A stretch of DNA of 63,315 bases, filler included, from Collodictyon triciliatum (lineage: Eukaryota): the NCBI GenBank assembly GCA_043381765.1. It is 4 parts of 4 records of this genome, joined end to end, with 100 filler letters (N's around TTAATTAATTAA, not from the genome) between each part and the next. Parts side by side here need not be neighbours in the genome. Positions count along the whole stretch, not along the records: positions 59,098 to 63,315 come from JBHJMP010001148.1; 3 more parts are not named here. The stretch is one strand, 5' to 3'. Positions within the stretch are counted from its first letter, which is position 1; each line of letters starts with the position of its first letter. Of this stretch, positions 63,238-63,315 are shown in pieces. The notes beneath the pieces are model-generated. The model was given only the letters and a program-made list of their open reading frames with translations, was not told the origin of the DNA and made no database searches. A program made the position numbers and the translations under genes.

Positions 63238-63315
63238 AACAAAAACAAAAACAAAAACAAAAACAAAAACAAAAACAAAAACAAAAACAAAAACAAAAAC
63301 AAAAAAAAAAAAAAA
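63238..63315. repeat. (CAAAAA)n / poly-A in an HDAC intron at the window end
   Basis: Visible directly. Confidence 0.9.

Overview
This is intron-rich nuclear DNA from a eukaryote, probably a protist; the PAK, Roco and 12-TM cyclase repertoire is compatible with an amoebozoan or amorphean, which is inference only. It uses the standard genetic code and GT-AG introns. The window is four assembly pieces joined by artificial 100-nt N44-TTAATTAATTAA-N44 spacers, so neighbours across a spacer may not be truly adjacent. Genes reconstructed by manual splicing: PAK/STE20 kinase, NEK kinase, clathrin heavy chain, a decayed WD40 + Cys-rich surface-protein pseudogene, CDP-DAG synthase (3' end), a Roco protein (LRR-Roc-COR-non-RD kinase-SAM-like-LRR), a UBL-UBA-UBA-STI1 (UBAC1-like) protein, a GT8 glycosyltransferase, an MFSD2/MelB-type transporter, HEATR1/UTP10 (partial), a second capped-LRR gene, a twin-domain pseudo-cyclase, PRA1 (5' end), an FKBP2-like PPIase and a class II-like HDAC (partial). 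The most notable signal is an LRR receptor family built from exact 69-nt phase-0 single-repeat exons. It carries near-identical sub-repeat DNA patches and a shared capped LRR module that occurs on both sides of a Roc-COR-kinase core. This is a candidate shuffling or conversion-diversified, immune-like receptor system.
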